Positions 15,070-24,096 of a stretch of 32,000 nucleotides of DNA are shown here, piece by piece (the first letter of the stretch is position 1; each line of letters begins with the position of its first letter). The translations under genes were made by a program, and so were the position numbers. The notes beneath the pieces were generated by a model that was given only the letters and a program-made list of their open reading frames with translations, ran no database searches and had not been told where the DNA came from. Source of the DNA: Candidatus Nanogingivalaceae bacterium (GTDB taxonomy: Bacteria > Patescibacteriota > Saccharimonadia > Saccharimonadales > Saccharimonadaceae); NCBI GenBank assembly GCA_015257795.3, contig CP072208.2, forward strand, positions 150,001-182,000. Direction: 5' to 3'.

Positions 15070-17730
15070 ATGTCTAGAAAAACTGCGAAGAAGAAAAATG
15101 TAATGGTGGAAGACAATAAAGTTGATAAAATTTTAACAACCGTTTTTGGTGATCCACAAAAGAAAATTTTGCGTCGATTGCAACGCAAAGTTGATGAAAT
15201 TAATAAATTAAGCGAAAAATACGAAAAAATGAGCGATGAAAAGCTCAAAAAGACTTTCGAAAAACTCAAGAAGAGCCTTTCGAAAAAGAGCTTGGATGAT
15301 ATTTTACCAGATGTATTTGCGCTTGTCCGTGAAGCTTCAAACCGTGTTCTTGGAATGCGCCACTTTGACGTTCAGTTAATTGGTGGAATGGTTCTTCATG
15401 AAGGAAAAGTTGCCGAAATGAAAACAGGTGAAGGTAAAACTTTGGTGGCAACTTTGCCGGTTTCTTTGAATGCGATGGAAGGAAAAGGTGTGCACGTTGT
15501 GACCGTGAACGATTATCTTGCACAGCGTGACGCTTCTTGGATGGGAAAGTTGTATGACTTTCTTGGTCTTTCGGTTGGTGTGATTATTAATGACGCCAGT
15601 TTTATCTTTGATCCAGAATATGATAACGAAGAGCATGAAGATGAGAACATGCGAAAACTTCGTCCAGCAACTCGAAAAGAGGCTTACGCTGCGGATATTA
15701 CTTATGGAACAAATAACGAATTTGGTTTCGATTATTTGCGCGACAACATGGTGAATGAAGTTGAGCTTTTGCGTCAGCGCGAGCTTAATTTTGCAATTGT
15801 CGACGAGGTTGACTCAATTTTGATCGATGAAGCTCGAACACCTTTGATTATTTCTGCTCCAGCTGCTGAAAATCCAGAAAGTTATATTCAATTTGCCAAG
15901 GTTGTTTCACAGCTTTCAAAAGAAGATTACGAAGTTGATGAAAAGCGCCGAAGCGTAGCTTTAACTGAATCTGGAATCGATAAGATTGAAAAACTTCTTA
16001 ATATGAAAAATCTTTATACGCCAGAACATTCGCGTGCGGTTTATCACGTTGAGCAAGCTTTGCGCGCCGAAACTCTTTTCAAACGTGATAAAGATTACGT
16101 TGTGACAAATGATGGTGAGGTGATTATTGTTGACGAACACACTGGTCGCTTGATGAACGGACGTCGCTATAACGAAGGTCTACACCAGGCAATTGAGGCA
16201 AAAGAAAAAGTTCCAGTTTTGCAAGAATCAATGACTTTGGCAACAATTTCGTTCCAGAATTTCTTCCGTCTTTATAATAAACTTTCAGGAATGACCGGAA
16301 CCGCTTTCACTGAGGCTGAAGAGTTTCAACAAATTTATTCTTTGGAGGTTGTGCAAATTCCTTCAAACAAACCAGTCATTCGCGACGACAAAGAAGATTT
16401 GATTTTTAAAACTGAAAAAGCAAAACTTAAAGCTGTTGCTGAAGCAATTAAAAAATATCACGCAGAAGGACGTCCAGTTTTGGTTGGTTCAGGCTCAATT
16501 GAAAAGAATGAGCAAATTGCAAAATATCTCGACCAAGAAGGAATTAAATACAATCTTCTGAACGCTAAAAACAACGAACATGAGGCTGCAATCGTGGCAC
16601 GTGCCGGAGAAAAAGGTGCAATTACTCTTGCAACAAATATTGCTGGTCGTGGAACCGACATTAAGCTTGGTAAAGGTGTTAAGGAACTTGGTGGATTGGT
16701 TGTGATTGGTTCAGAGCGTCATGAATCTCGCCGAATTGACAACCAGTTCCGCGGTCGTGGTGGTCGTCAGGGAGATCCAGGCGAAACCCAATTCTACGTT
16801 TCAACTGAAGACGATTTGATGCGAATTTTCCAGGGTGAAAGAATTGCAGCATTGATGGATCGGCTTGGTGTGCCAGAAGATACGCCAATTCAACATAAAG
16901 CTGTTTCGAAAACACTTGAAAATGCGCAAAAACGCGTTGAAGGATTCAACTTTGATACGCGTAAAAATGTTGTTCAATATGATAATGTGATCAACCGTCA
17001 CCGAAAAGTTGTTTACGCGATGCGCCGAAAAATTCTTGAAGGTGAAGATATTACAGCCGAAATTAAAGAGCTATTTATTTCGAAAGCAGCAGAACTCGCT
17101 GAACTACCTTCAAAAAATAACGAAAAATTCGTTTCAGACTTTGTTGAAATCTTCCCAGTTGATGAAGAGAAAATTGAGGCTCTTGGCCGAATTTCTAACG
17201 ACAAAAAGCGAATTAAATTAGCTAAACAAATTGCTGAAGAGCTTTACCAAGATAAAGAAAATGAACTAGGTAAAGAGGTGTTCCAAAAAGTTGAACGCGA
17301 AGTTTATATGCAAATTCTTGATACTCTTTGGATGAATCACCTTGAAAATATGAATTTCTTGCGTGAAGGAATTCACTGGCGAAGTGTTGGGCAACGCGAT
17401 CCATTGGTTGAATACCGTGCAGAATCACAAAAATTGTTCGATGGTCTTCAGAACACTTTGCGCGATGAAACGATTCGAATTCTAACTCGAGTTACACCAA
17501 ATGATGCAGTAGCGCACCAAGATGAAGGTCACGATACTGAACTTACGCGACTTGCTGAGAATTCAGTTGAAAAAGGTGTTAACGAGATTCAATCTGGCGA
17601 TAAAAACCGCGATGAAGATTTTTCGAAAGCTAAAAAAGCCGCTTCAAAAAATAACGAAAACGCAAAAAAGAATAATGCGCGAAAAGCTAAAAAAGCTCAA
17701 CGCCAGAACAAAAAGAAGGGTCGCAAATAG
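15070..17730 (+). CDS. secA: Preprotein translocase ATPase SecA
   Basis: It has Walker A MKTGEGKT, the DEAD-like motif DEVDSILIDEARTPLIIS, and TNIAGRGTDIKLG. The start was chosen at the ATG at 15070, behind the GGAGAGGG SD; the ATG at 15103 is also possible. The C-terminus is Lys-rich and lacks the Cys zinc-finger. Confidence 0.97.
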   Translation: MSRKTAKKKNVMVEDNKVDKILTTVFGDPQKKILRRLQRKVDEINKLSEKYEKMSDEKLKKTFEKLKKSLSKKSLDDILPDVFALVREASNRVLGMRHFDVQLIGGMVLHEGKVAEMKTGEGKTLVATLPVSLNAMEGKGVHVVTVNDYLAQRDASWMGKLYDFLGLSVGVIINDASFIFDPEYDNEEHEDENMRKLRPATRKEAYAADITYGTNNEFGFDYLRDNMVNEVELLRQRELNFAIVDEVDSILIDEARTPLIISAPAAENPESYIQFAKVVSQLSKEDYEVDEKRRSVALTESGIDKIEKLLNMKNLYTPEHSRAVYHVEQALRAETLFKRDKDYVVTNDGEVIIVDEHTGRLMNGRRYNEGLHQAIEAKEKVPVLQESMTLATISFQNFFRLYNKLSGMTGTAFTEAEEFQQIYSLEVVQIPSNKPVIRDDKEDLIFKTEKAKLKAVAEAIKKYHAEGRPVLVGSGSIEKNEQIAKYLDQEGIKYNLLNAKNNEHEAAIVARAGEKGAITLATNIAGRGTDIKLGKGVKELGGLVVIGSERHESRRIDNQFRGRGGRQGDPGETQFYVSTEDDLMRIFQGERIAALMDRLGVPEDTPIQHKAVSKTLENAQKRVEGFNFDTRKNVVQYDNVINRHRKVVYAMRRKILEGEDITAEIKELFISKAAELAELPSKNNEKFVSDFVEIFPVDEEKIEALGRISNDKKRIKLAKQIAEELYQDKENELGKEVFQKVEREVYMQILDTLWMNHLENMNFLREGIHWRSVGQRDPLVEYRAESQKLFDGLQNTLRDETIRILTRVTPNDAVAHQDEGHDTELTRLAENSVEKGVNEIQSGDKNRDEDFSKAKKAASKNNENAKKNNARKAKKAQRQNKKKGRK

Positions 17731-19020
17731 ATGCGCCACACCGTTGAAGAAGTACGCCTGAAAAATGGCGTACGCGGTCTTCTTGTGAATGTTCCAGATG
17801 CGACGGTGATGAGTTTTCAGTTTCAGTTTCGAGCAGGTTCTCGATTTACTAAAAGTCCAGAAATTTATGAAACTGCGCACATTATGGAGCATATGGCTTT
17901 TGGTGCAAATGCAAGGTTTGCCAGTGAACATGAATTTGAGGCCGAATTTACTAAAAATGGCGCTTATCACAACGCTTCAACATCTGATATGAGTATGAAT
18001 TATGTTGCGGATTGTGCCGATTTTGAGTGGGACCGAATTTTTGAATTACAACTTCTTTCAATTAGTCAACCAAGATTTAACGAGTTTGAATTTAAAGCAG
18101 AAAAGGGTAATGTTCGAAACGAATTGACCGGCTATTTGAACAATAACGCACGTCTTCTTTGGCCAAAAATTCAGCAAGAATTTGGTGAAAAAGTTCTAAC
18201 TTATGAAGAGCGTTTAAAAACTATCGATAACATCACACTTGATGATATTCGTGAACATCATAAACGAACGCACACTACTGATAATTTACGGTTTGTTATT
18301 GCTGGAAAAATCACACCAACTCGTAGAAGTAAAATTCTCGAAGGTTTCGAAAATCTTCAACTTGAAAGAGGCGAGCGTTTCGAAATTATCACCGACCCAA
18401 CTAAAAAACCACAAGCGCCGATTTTTATTCATCGACCAGATTTGAAGAACATTAGTTTTGGGATTTCACTATTGTTGCCACGCAAGCTAACTACGTCTGA
18501 GATGGATGCAATGCATGCGTTAAACCACATTTTAACTGGAACAATGCACGCGCGTATTCTTGGGCAAGCTCGTAAGCGAGGATTAACTTATGGCGTTTAT
18601 TCTGGCGCTTCTCGTGGACCAAAAGATTCTTCTTGGGATTTTGAGGGCCAAACAAACTATAGCACAGCAAAAGAGCTTTTTGAGCTAATTGTATTGGAGC
18701 TTAAAAAGGTTTTGAATGAAGAAATCACCGAAAAAGAGCTTGAAGCTATGAAGAGCTATTCACTTGGTTCGTTCCAGATGGGTGGCCAAACCGTTGCTTC
18801 AACGGCAGGATTTTATGCCTCAAGATATTTTTGGGATGGATATGTTCGTGATTATAAAGCTCAGCCAAAGTTTATTAAGCAAATTTCGCGTGAACAAATT
18901 TTTAAAGTAGCGAAAGAATTTATAGATGCGAACACTTGGATTTTAGGTGCAGTTTCTGGTGGTGAAGAGTCGCAAATTCAAGAATTGAATCAAGAATTTT
19001 CTAAATTATTCGAAAAATAA
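17731..19020 (+). CDS. M16-family (pitrilysin/insulinase-like) zinc peptidase
   Basis: It carries the inverted zinc motif HxxEH (HIMEH) near the N-terminus. The ATG directly abuts the secA stop (TAGATG). Confidence 0.85.
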   Translation: MRHTVEEVRLKNGVRGLLVNVPDATVMSFQFQFRAGSRFTKSPEIYETAHIMEHMAFGANARFASEHEFEAEFTKNGAYHNASTSDMSMNYVADCADFEWDRIFELQLLSISQPRFNEFEFKAEKGNVRNELTGYLNNNARLLWPKIQQEFGEKVLTYEERLKTIDNITLDDIREHHKRTHTTDNLRFVIAGKITPTRRSKILEGFENLQLERGERFEIITDPTKKPQAPIFIHRPDLKNISFGISLLLPRKLTTSEMDAMHALNHILTGTMHARILGQARKRGLTYGVYSGASRGPKDSSWDFEGQTNYSTAKELFELIVLELKKVLNEEITEKELEAMKSYSLGSFQMGGQTVASTAGFYASRYFWDGYVRDYKAQPKFIKQISREQIFKVAKEFIDANTWILGAVSGGEESQIQELNQEFSKLFEK

Positions 19021-19047
19021 TCGCTTCACGGCGGTTATTTTATTTTA
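19016..19047 (+). terminator. Intrinsic terminator of secA-M16 unit
   Basis: A 9-bp stem AATAATCGC / GCGGTTATT (one G-U pair) has a 6-nt loop and is followed by TTATTTT. Confidence 0.55.
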
Positions 19048-19055
19048 AAAGGTTA

Positions 19056-19064
19056 TGTTATAAT
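19056..19064 (+). promoter_or_regulatory. Extended -10 TGtTATAAT of xseA, ATG 7 nt downstream
   Basis: TATAAT is at 19059..19064 and the ATG at 19072, with no SD between them. Confidence 0.5.
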
Positions 19065-19071
19065 AAAGAAT

Positions 19072-20217
19072 ATGGATTTTGACGAATTTGAAGAGTTGTT
19101 AAATTCTGAGATAAAAAAACCTCAACCGCATGAGGTAATTTATAGTGTTTCAGATTTTATTGCAACTAGTAATGATATTTTCGAAAAGAGTTTTCCGAGT
19201 GTTTTAATTGAAGGTGAAATTTCAAGTTTTAAGGTGAATCAAAATAAGTTCGTTTTCTTCGATTTAAAAGATGAAGAATCGGTTCTTGGTTGCTTTATGA
19301 CGGTTTGGCAATTACGTTTTCCACTCGAAGACGGCATGAAGGTTATTGCTCAGGTTAAGCCCAAATTAACAAACTGGGGAAAATTTAGTTTAACAGTTGA
19401 AAAAATTACGCCAAAAGGTGAGGGAAGTCTTAAAAAGTCTCTCGAAATCTTAAAAGAAAAATTAACGCGAGAAGGTTTGTTTGATGAAAATCGAAAGCGT
19501 AGAATTCCGCAAGATTTACAGAAAGTTGCGGTAATTTCGAGTACGCAAGCGGCCGGCTATGCGGATTTTATTAAAATTATCAATGAGCGTTGGGGTGGGT
19601 TAAAGATTATTGTGGCACACACTCAGGTTCAAGGTATGGCGGCTAGCGATCAAATTATTCGTGCGATAGATTTTTTAAATAGTCAAAGTGAGCTGCCTGA
19701 TGTGATTGCGATTATTCGTGGTGGCGGTAGTGCAGATGATTTAGCGGTTTTTAATGATGAAAAACTGGTTCGTGCGGTTGCAAATTCTCGCGTACCGATT
19801 ATTACTGGAATTGGCCACGAAATCGATCAAAGCCTTTGTGATTTAGCTGCAGATTTTGCTGCCTCAACACCAAGCAATGTGGCACAAATTTTAACACCAA
19901 ACAAATTTGACGAAATGCGTTTTTTGCGTTCAAAAATTTTACGCACAAATGATTTGTTGCTTTCGAAAATAGCTGAACTTAAAAAGGTTAATAGAGAGAA
20001 AAATCAGGAAATTCGCAATAGAATTTTACAGAATATTCTTGACCAGAAAAGAGAGATTCAGGCTAAAAAACGAATTTTAGAAAGCTATAATCCGCAAAAT
20101 ATTTTGGCGAAAGGCTACGCACTGATTAGTGGGGAAATTGCAACTGGTAAAGAGATTACGATTAAAACAATAGATAAAACAATAACGGCGGAGGTGAAAA
20201 ATGTCAATCAAAATTAG
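19072..20217 (+). CDS. xseA: Exodeoxyribonuclease VII large subunit
   Basis: It has an N-terminal OB fold and the core IIRGGGSADDLAVFNDE..ITGIGHEIDQSLCDLAAD, with a C-terminal coiled coil. Confidence 0.92.
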   Translation: MDFDEFEELLNSEIKKPQPHEVIYSVSDFIATSNDIFEKSFPSVLIEGEISSFKVNQNKFVFFDLKDEESVLGCFMTVWQLRFPLEDGMKVIAQVKPKLTNWGKFSLTVEKITPKGEGSLKKSLEILKEKLTREGLFDENRKRRIPQDLQKVAVISSTQAAGYADFIKIINERWGGLKIIVAHTQVQGMAASDQIIRAIDFLNSQSELPDVIAIIRGGGSADDLAVFNDEKLVRAVANSRVPIITGIGHEIDQSLCDLAADFAASTPSNVAQILTPNKFDEMRFLRSKILRTNDLLLSKIAELKKVNREKNQEIRNRILQNILDQKREIQAKKRILESYNPQNILAKGYALISGEIATGKEITIKTIDKTITAEVKNVNQN

Positions 20218-20395
20218 TCAAAAAATAAAAGAAATCGACGAGATTCTAGCTGATATTGAAAGTGGAGCGATTCCTCTTGAAGAAACTGTCGAAAAATATA
20301 AAGAGGCGATTTCGAAAGCTGAGGCGCTTGAGAGTGAGTTGAATTCGCTCGAAAATGAAATTGAAGTTTTGAGTAAAAATTTTGCACAAGAATAG
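20201..20395 (+). CDS. xseB: Exodeoxyribonuclease VII small subunit
   Basis: This is a 64-aa helical protein (PLEETVEKYKEAISKAEALESEL). It overlaps xseA by 17 nt, and a GGAGGTG SD is present. Confidence 0.85.
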   Translation: MSIKISQKIKEIDEILADIESGAIPLEETVEKYKEAISKAEALESELNSLENEIEVLSKNFAQE

Positions 20396-20400
20396 TTTAT

Positions 20401-20434
20401 AAAAAGAGAAAACCCCGCACAAATTGCGGGGTTG
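20401..20434 (-). terminator. Intrinsic terminator (best on the - strand, for the 20441..20791 gene)
   Basis: A 9-bp stem AACCCCGCA / TGCGGGGTT is present. A U-tract (TTTTCTCTTTTT) follows only on the - strand. Confidence 0.65.
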
Positions 20435-20440
20435 GTGAAC

Positions 20441-20791
20441 TTACCAAATAATCATTTCGTTCAACTCCTCGTCTAAAGATACATCCACTTCGCGGAAGTA
20501 CCATTCTTTATAGTCGTCGCTCTGAGGGTTTTTATCTTCACAATAAAGTGAAATCGATAATTTGACCCCAGCCTTTTCGCATTCTTGTTTGAACACGATT
20601 AGATGGGATAACTTGTCTTTATCTTTATGTGCAAAAAGAAGAATTCCATCCTTCTTATGCTTTTTGATAAATTTTTTGAAAATCTTCCTAATAGTATTCT
20701 CTTTTTGAGGATTGAACTTCAGGACGCATTCTTTCGGCTCTGGAAGAACAACATTTAATGCGTTGGTAAGTTTTACTGGTTTTGGTGCCAT
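20441..20791 (-). CDS. Orphan hypothetical protein (116 aa), Lys-rich N-terminal half and acidic C-terminus
   Basis: It has a strong AAGGAGGTG SD, a perfect TTGACT-17-TATAAT promoter and its own terminator. No family recognised. Confidence 0.65.
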   Translation of the reverse strand: MAPKPVKLTNALNVVLPEPKECVLKFNPQKENTIRKIFKKFIKKHKKDGILLFAHKDKDKLSHLIVFKQECEKAGVKLSISLYCEDKNPQSDDYKEWYFREVDVSLDEELNEMIIW

Positions 20792-20817
20792 TTGAGCACC
20801 TCCTTTATAAATTTTCT

Positions 20818-20835
20818 TAGCTTTTCGAAAAGCTA
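20818..20835. repeat. Perfect 18-bp palindrome TAGCTTTTCGAAAAGCTA in the 5' leader of the 20441..20791 gene
   Basis: Read directly from the sequence. It is centred on TTCGAA and lies 7 nt downstream of the - strand -10, so it is a candidate operator or leader hairpin. Confidence 0.6.
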
Positions 20836-20842
20836 CTTTGGT

Positions 20843-20871
20843 ATTATATCATAAAAAGGCTAAAAAGTCAA
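20843..20871 (-). promoter_or_regulatory. Consensus promoter TTGACT-17-TATAAT (- strand)
   Basis: Plus strand agtcaa is at 20866..20871 and attata at 20843..20848. It sits back to back with the frr -35. Confidence 0.55.
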
Positions 20872-20872
20872 T

Positions 20873-20902
20873 TTGAATAAAAAGCATAAGGTGTGTTATA
20901 AT
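20873..20902 (+). promoter_or_regulatory. Promoter of frr (TTGAAT-18-TATAAT), ATG 6 nt downstream
   Basis: The -35 is at 20873..20878, the -10 at 20897..20902, and the ATG at 20909. The TTG start used by the ORF track is actually the -35 element. Confidence 0.55.
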
Positions 20903-20908
20903 GTAGGC

Positions 20909-21463
20909 ATGTTTGATACAGATGAATTTAAATTAAAAATGACCGAGGCCGTCGAGCATTTCAAAGGTGAAATGAAAAAAGTTCGAACTGGCCGTGCGCA
21001 TCCTTCAATGCTTGACGGGGTGTCGGTTGAAGTTTATGGCGCAAAAATGCCATTGAACCAAGTTTCGAATATGACTGCACCAGAGGCGGGAATGATTTTG
21101 ATCACACCTTTTGATGCAAATAATATTTCAGCAATTTCGGCAGCAATCCGCAACGATCAAAGCCTTGGTTTTAACCCAAGTGATGATGGTCGCGTTGTTC
21201 GTGTGCCAGTTCCACCATTAACAGAGGAGCGCCGCAAACAAATCGTAAAACAAACTTCTGAAAAAGTTGAAGGTGCAAAAATTACGCTTCGAAACATTCG
21301 TCAAGATGCTTTAAAACACGCCAAAAAACTTAAAGATGAAAAATCTTTAACAGAAGACGATTTAAAGCGAATTGAAAAAGAAATTGACGCTGAAATTAAA
21401 GAGTTTAGCACACAAATCGACGCAATTTTTAAAGAAAAAGAGAAAGAAATTCTCACAATTTAA
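20909..21463 (+). CDS. frr: Ribosome recycling factor
   Basis: KVRTGRAHPSMLDGVSVEVYG and LTEERRKQIVKQ are canonical RRF. Starting at the ATG at 20909 gives 184 aa. Confidence 0.95.
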   Translation: MFDTDEFKLKMTEAVEHFKGEMKKVRTGRAHPSMLDGVSVEVYGAKMPLNQVSNMTAPEAGMILITPFDANNISAISAAIRNDQSLGFNPSDDGRVVRVPVPPLTEERRKQIVKQTSEKVEGAKITLRNIRQDALKHAKKLKDEKSLTEDDLKRIEKEIDAEIKEFSTQIDAIFKEKEKEILTI

Positions 21464-21528
21464 GTTATTTTTTGCTGGCGTTTTGAAAGCGTCGGCAAAA
21501 GCTAATTTAAGATTTTCGAAAGGGTAAA

Positions 21529-22707
21529 ATGGAGGTTTTTAATTTAATTTTTGGAATAATTATCGGTTTAATTTCGCTAACTTTTTTGGTGGCGCTTCAT
21601 GAGCTTGGCCATGCGCTTGCGGCTAAGAAAAACGGTGTAAAACTTAAAGAATACGCAATTGGTTTTCCGCCAAGAATTAAAAGCTTTAAAGCTAAAACAG
21701 ATAAAATTCTACCAAAAGGTACAAAAATTTCGATTGGTGCAATTCCGCTCGGTGGTTTTGTGCGACTTCAGGGTGAACACGACTCTGACTCAAAAAAGGG
21801 CGATTATGGTGCAGCAAGTTTTTGGGGTAAAACGCAGATTTTGTTTGCTGGTGTTGCTATGAACTGGCTAGTTGCATTTGTAATTTTTACAGTTTTAGCG
21901 ATTTCTGGAATGCCAAAGCTACTTCCAAATCAATTTTATCTTTCTTCTGATGCAAAAATATCTGGCGGTGGTGTGCAAGTTTCTGCAATTTCAAAAAATT
22001 CTCCAGCAGAAAAAGCCGGGTTGAATAAAAATGACACACTTTTAGAGTTTAACGGTCAAAAGGTTGAAAACTCCACTAAAATTCGCCAAGATTTAAAAAA
22101 TAACGCCGGTAAAACAGTTTCTTTAAAGATTAGTCGAAACGGTAAAGAAATTTCGAAAAGTGTAAAACTCAACGAAAAAGGCAATAATGGCTTTTTGGGT
22201 GCGGTTTTATCTGACGGAATGCAAAAGATTCACTCAACTTGGAGCGCTCCAATTGTTGGTTTAGGTACAACGGTTCAATTTACGGGTGAAACATTCAAAG
22301 GTGTTGGTGAGCTTTTTGTGAACTTTTTTGGTGGAATTTTCGAAAAGGTTATTCCAAATTCTGATTCTCAAAAGAACGCAAACACTCAGCTTTCGAAAGC
22401 AGGTGAGAGTGTTTCCGGACCAGTGATGGTTATTGGAGGAATTTTCCCAAACATTGTTTCGATGGGGATGGATATGATTTTAATGCTTACCGCTATTATT
22501 TCGATTAGCTTGGCCTGTATGAATGTTTTACCGATTCCAGCGTTAGATGGCGGTCGTTGGTTTATGACGTTTATTTTTCGAGTTTTGCTTAAAAAACCGC
22601 TACCAAAAGAAACTGAAGAAAATATTAACGGCTGGAGTTTTTTGGCTCTAATGGGGCTTTCGGTTTTAATTATCGTTCTTGACTTCACGAAAATCTTTAG
22701 AGGTTAA
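21529..22707 (+). CDS. rseP: RseP/RasP-type site-2 protease (M50 zinc metalloprotease) with PDZ domain
   Basis: It has an HELGH motif in TM1, a PDZ-like segment (SPAEKAGLNKNDTLLEFNG) and the NVLPIPALDGG motif. Confidence 0.9.
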   Translation: MEVFNLIFGIIIGLISLTFLVALHELGHALAAKKNGVKLKEYAIGFPPRIKSFKAKTDKILPKGTKISIGAIPLGGFVRLQGEHDSDSKKGDYGAASFWGKTQILFAGVAMNWLVAFVIFTVLAISGMPKLLPNQFYLSSDAKISGGGVQVSAISKNSPAEKAGLNKNDTLLEFNGQKVENSTKIRQDLKNNAGKTVSLKISRNGKEISKSVKLNEKGNNGFLGAVLSDGMQKIHSTWSAPIVGLGTTVQFTGETFKGVGELFVNFFGGIFEKVIPNSDSQKNANTQLSKAGESVSGPVMVIGGIFPNIVSMGMDMILMLTAIISISLACMNVLPIPALDGGRWFMTFIFRVLLKKPLPKETEENINGWSFLALMGLSVLIIVLDFTKIFRG

Positions 22708-22708
22708 A

Positions 22709-23518
22709 ATGAAAGAAAAAGTTATTCTTATTTGCAGCAAAATTCGAAAACGAAACGAGAAAATTCTTTCGAAAAAACCTTTAAAAATCATTTTTTGGGC
22801 AGTTTTGCCGATTTTAGCTTATTTTGTAGCGAGTTATACTTCAGCGGTTGTGATTCGCCTATATTTAGCGATAGCCTTTTGGGGCAATGATTCGGGCTAC
22901 CAAAACGCAACTTCTAGCGTGATTACAACATCTGTTTACTCGATTTTATTCTTTGGCTTAATGTTTGCGATAATTTATCTTGTGCCAGTTAAACTTTTCG
23001 GCCAAAAAATTTCTAGAAAAGAGATTGCTTTAAACGGGCTTATAACCTGGCAAGATTTAGCTTTAGCGTTGGTTGGATTTATTTTAGCTATGATATTGTC
23101 TGGAATTTTTCTCGACATAGCATCGCATATTCTACCAAATTTTAATAAAGCTCAATCTCAAAATTTATTGTTTCAGCGAGGAACGATGATTCACCCTTGG
23201 CAATTTTTGATGGCTTTTATTTCTATTGTTGTGATTACACCATTTGTTGAGGAAGTTATTTTTCGTGGTATGATTTACGGTCAACTTCGTAAAATAAATA
23301 TTCCGCTAGCAATTTTTTTGACCAGTCTGTTGTTTGGAATTGTTCATTTTCAGTTAAATGTAGGAATAACTGTATTCGTAATGAGCGTAATTATGTGTTT
23401 GATTCGTGAAAAAATCACCAAAACGATTTGGTCGGGAATTGTGATTCATATGATTAAAAACGGAATTGCTTTTGCGATACTTTATATCTATACAGCAACT
23501 CAATTTCTCAACCTCTAA
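22709..23518 (+). CDS. CPBP-family intramembrane glutamic endopeptidase (CAAX protease/Abi-like)
   Basis: It carries the EEVIFRG and FGIVH signature motifs in a polytopic protein. The start was taken at the ATG at 22709, behind an AGAGG SD. Confidence 0.8.
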   Translation: MKEKVILICSKIRKRNEKILSKKPLKIIFWAVLPILAYFVASYTSAVVIRLYLAIAFWGNDSGYQNATSSVITTSVYSILFFGLMFAIIYLVPVKLFGQKISRKEIALNGLITWQDLALALVGFILAMILSGIFLDIASHILPNFNKAQSQNLLFQRGTMIHPWQFLMAFISIVVITPFVEEVIFRGMIYGQLRKINIPLAIFLTSLLFGIVHFQLNVGITVFVMSVIMCLIREKITKTIWSGIVIHMIKNGIAFAILYIYTATQFLNL

Positions 23519-23520
23519 CA

Positions 23521-23549
23521 TTGACGCAAGATCAAAAATTTGATATAAT
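23521..23549 (+). promoter_or_regulatory. Promoter of greA (TTGACG-17-TGaTATAAT)
   Basis: The -35 is at 23521..23526 and the -10 at 23544..23549. Confidence 0.55.
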
Positions 23550-23579
23550 TGTATAACTTATAAAAAGGATTTTTATTTT

Positions 23580-24041
23580 ATGAAACAAGAATTTAATATT
23601 ACAAAATTAGGAAAAGAAGAACTTGAAGCTGAATTGGAGCTTCTAATTTCGCAACGAAAAGAAATTTCAGAAGAAGTTGCGACTGCGCGCGATTTTGGTG
23701 ATTTGCGCGAAAACTCAGAATACGATGCTGCTCGAAAAAAACAAGCTTTGGCAGAATCTCGAATCATGGAGATTGAAAACATTTTGCAAAACGCTGTAAT
23801 TATTGGTGGCGGCAAAAAAGATGTTGTAGCACTTGGTAATCAAGTTAGCCTTAAGAATCTCGAAAATGGCAAGGAAGTAAAATACACAATGGTTGGTGCT
23901 GTTGAAGCTAACCCCCTTGAGGGTAAAATTTCGAACGAATCACCAATTGGCCAACAAATTATGGGTAAAAAACTTGGAGAAGAAGTTGATATTACGACAC
24001 CAAAAGGCGTAATTAAATACGAAATTACAGAGATTAACTAA
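23580..24041 (+). CDS. greA: Transcription elongation factor GreA
   Basis: It has the coiled-coil N-terminus with ARDFGDLRENSEYDAARKKQ, plus a C-terminal FKBP-like domain. Confidence 0.93.
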   Translation: MKQEFNITKLGKEELEAELELLISQRKEISEEVATARDFGDLRENSEYDAARKKQALAESRIMEIENILQNAVIIGGGKKDVVALGNQVSLKNLENGKEVKYTMVGAVEANPLEGKISNESPIGQQIMGKKLGEEVDITTPKGVIKYEITEIN

Positions 24042-24048
24042 ATTTTTA

Positions 24049-24084
24049 ATACTCGGTTGACCAAATCAGCCGAGTTTTGTTTTA
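24049..24084 (+). terminator. Intrinsic terminator after greA
   Basis: The stem ACTCGG / CCGAGT is followed by TTTGTTTT. Confidence 0.6.
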
Positions 24085-24096
24085 AAGAGGAGAATT

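Noticed and set aside
15266-17428. Multiple 60-110 aa ORFs antisense to or out of frame within secA. Similar shadow ORFs lie inside other genes, for example 1831..2055, 3135..3392, 3526..4157, 4400..4690, 8088..8393, 22386..22688, 23573..23815, 25627..25956, 26421..26843, 28945..29298, 29610..29861 and 31454..31699.
   Set aside because: They lie entirely within well-supported conserved genes, have no SD or promoter, and have low-complexity or odd composition. These are typical shadow ORFs of AT-rich coding DNA.
21464-21528. The hairpin TGCTGGCG / CGTCGGCA after frr as an intrinsic terminator.
   Set aside because: The stem needs two G-U pairs and is not followed by a T-run on the + strand. 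Read-through into rseP, or at most weak attenuation, is more likely.
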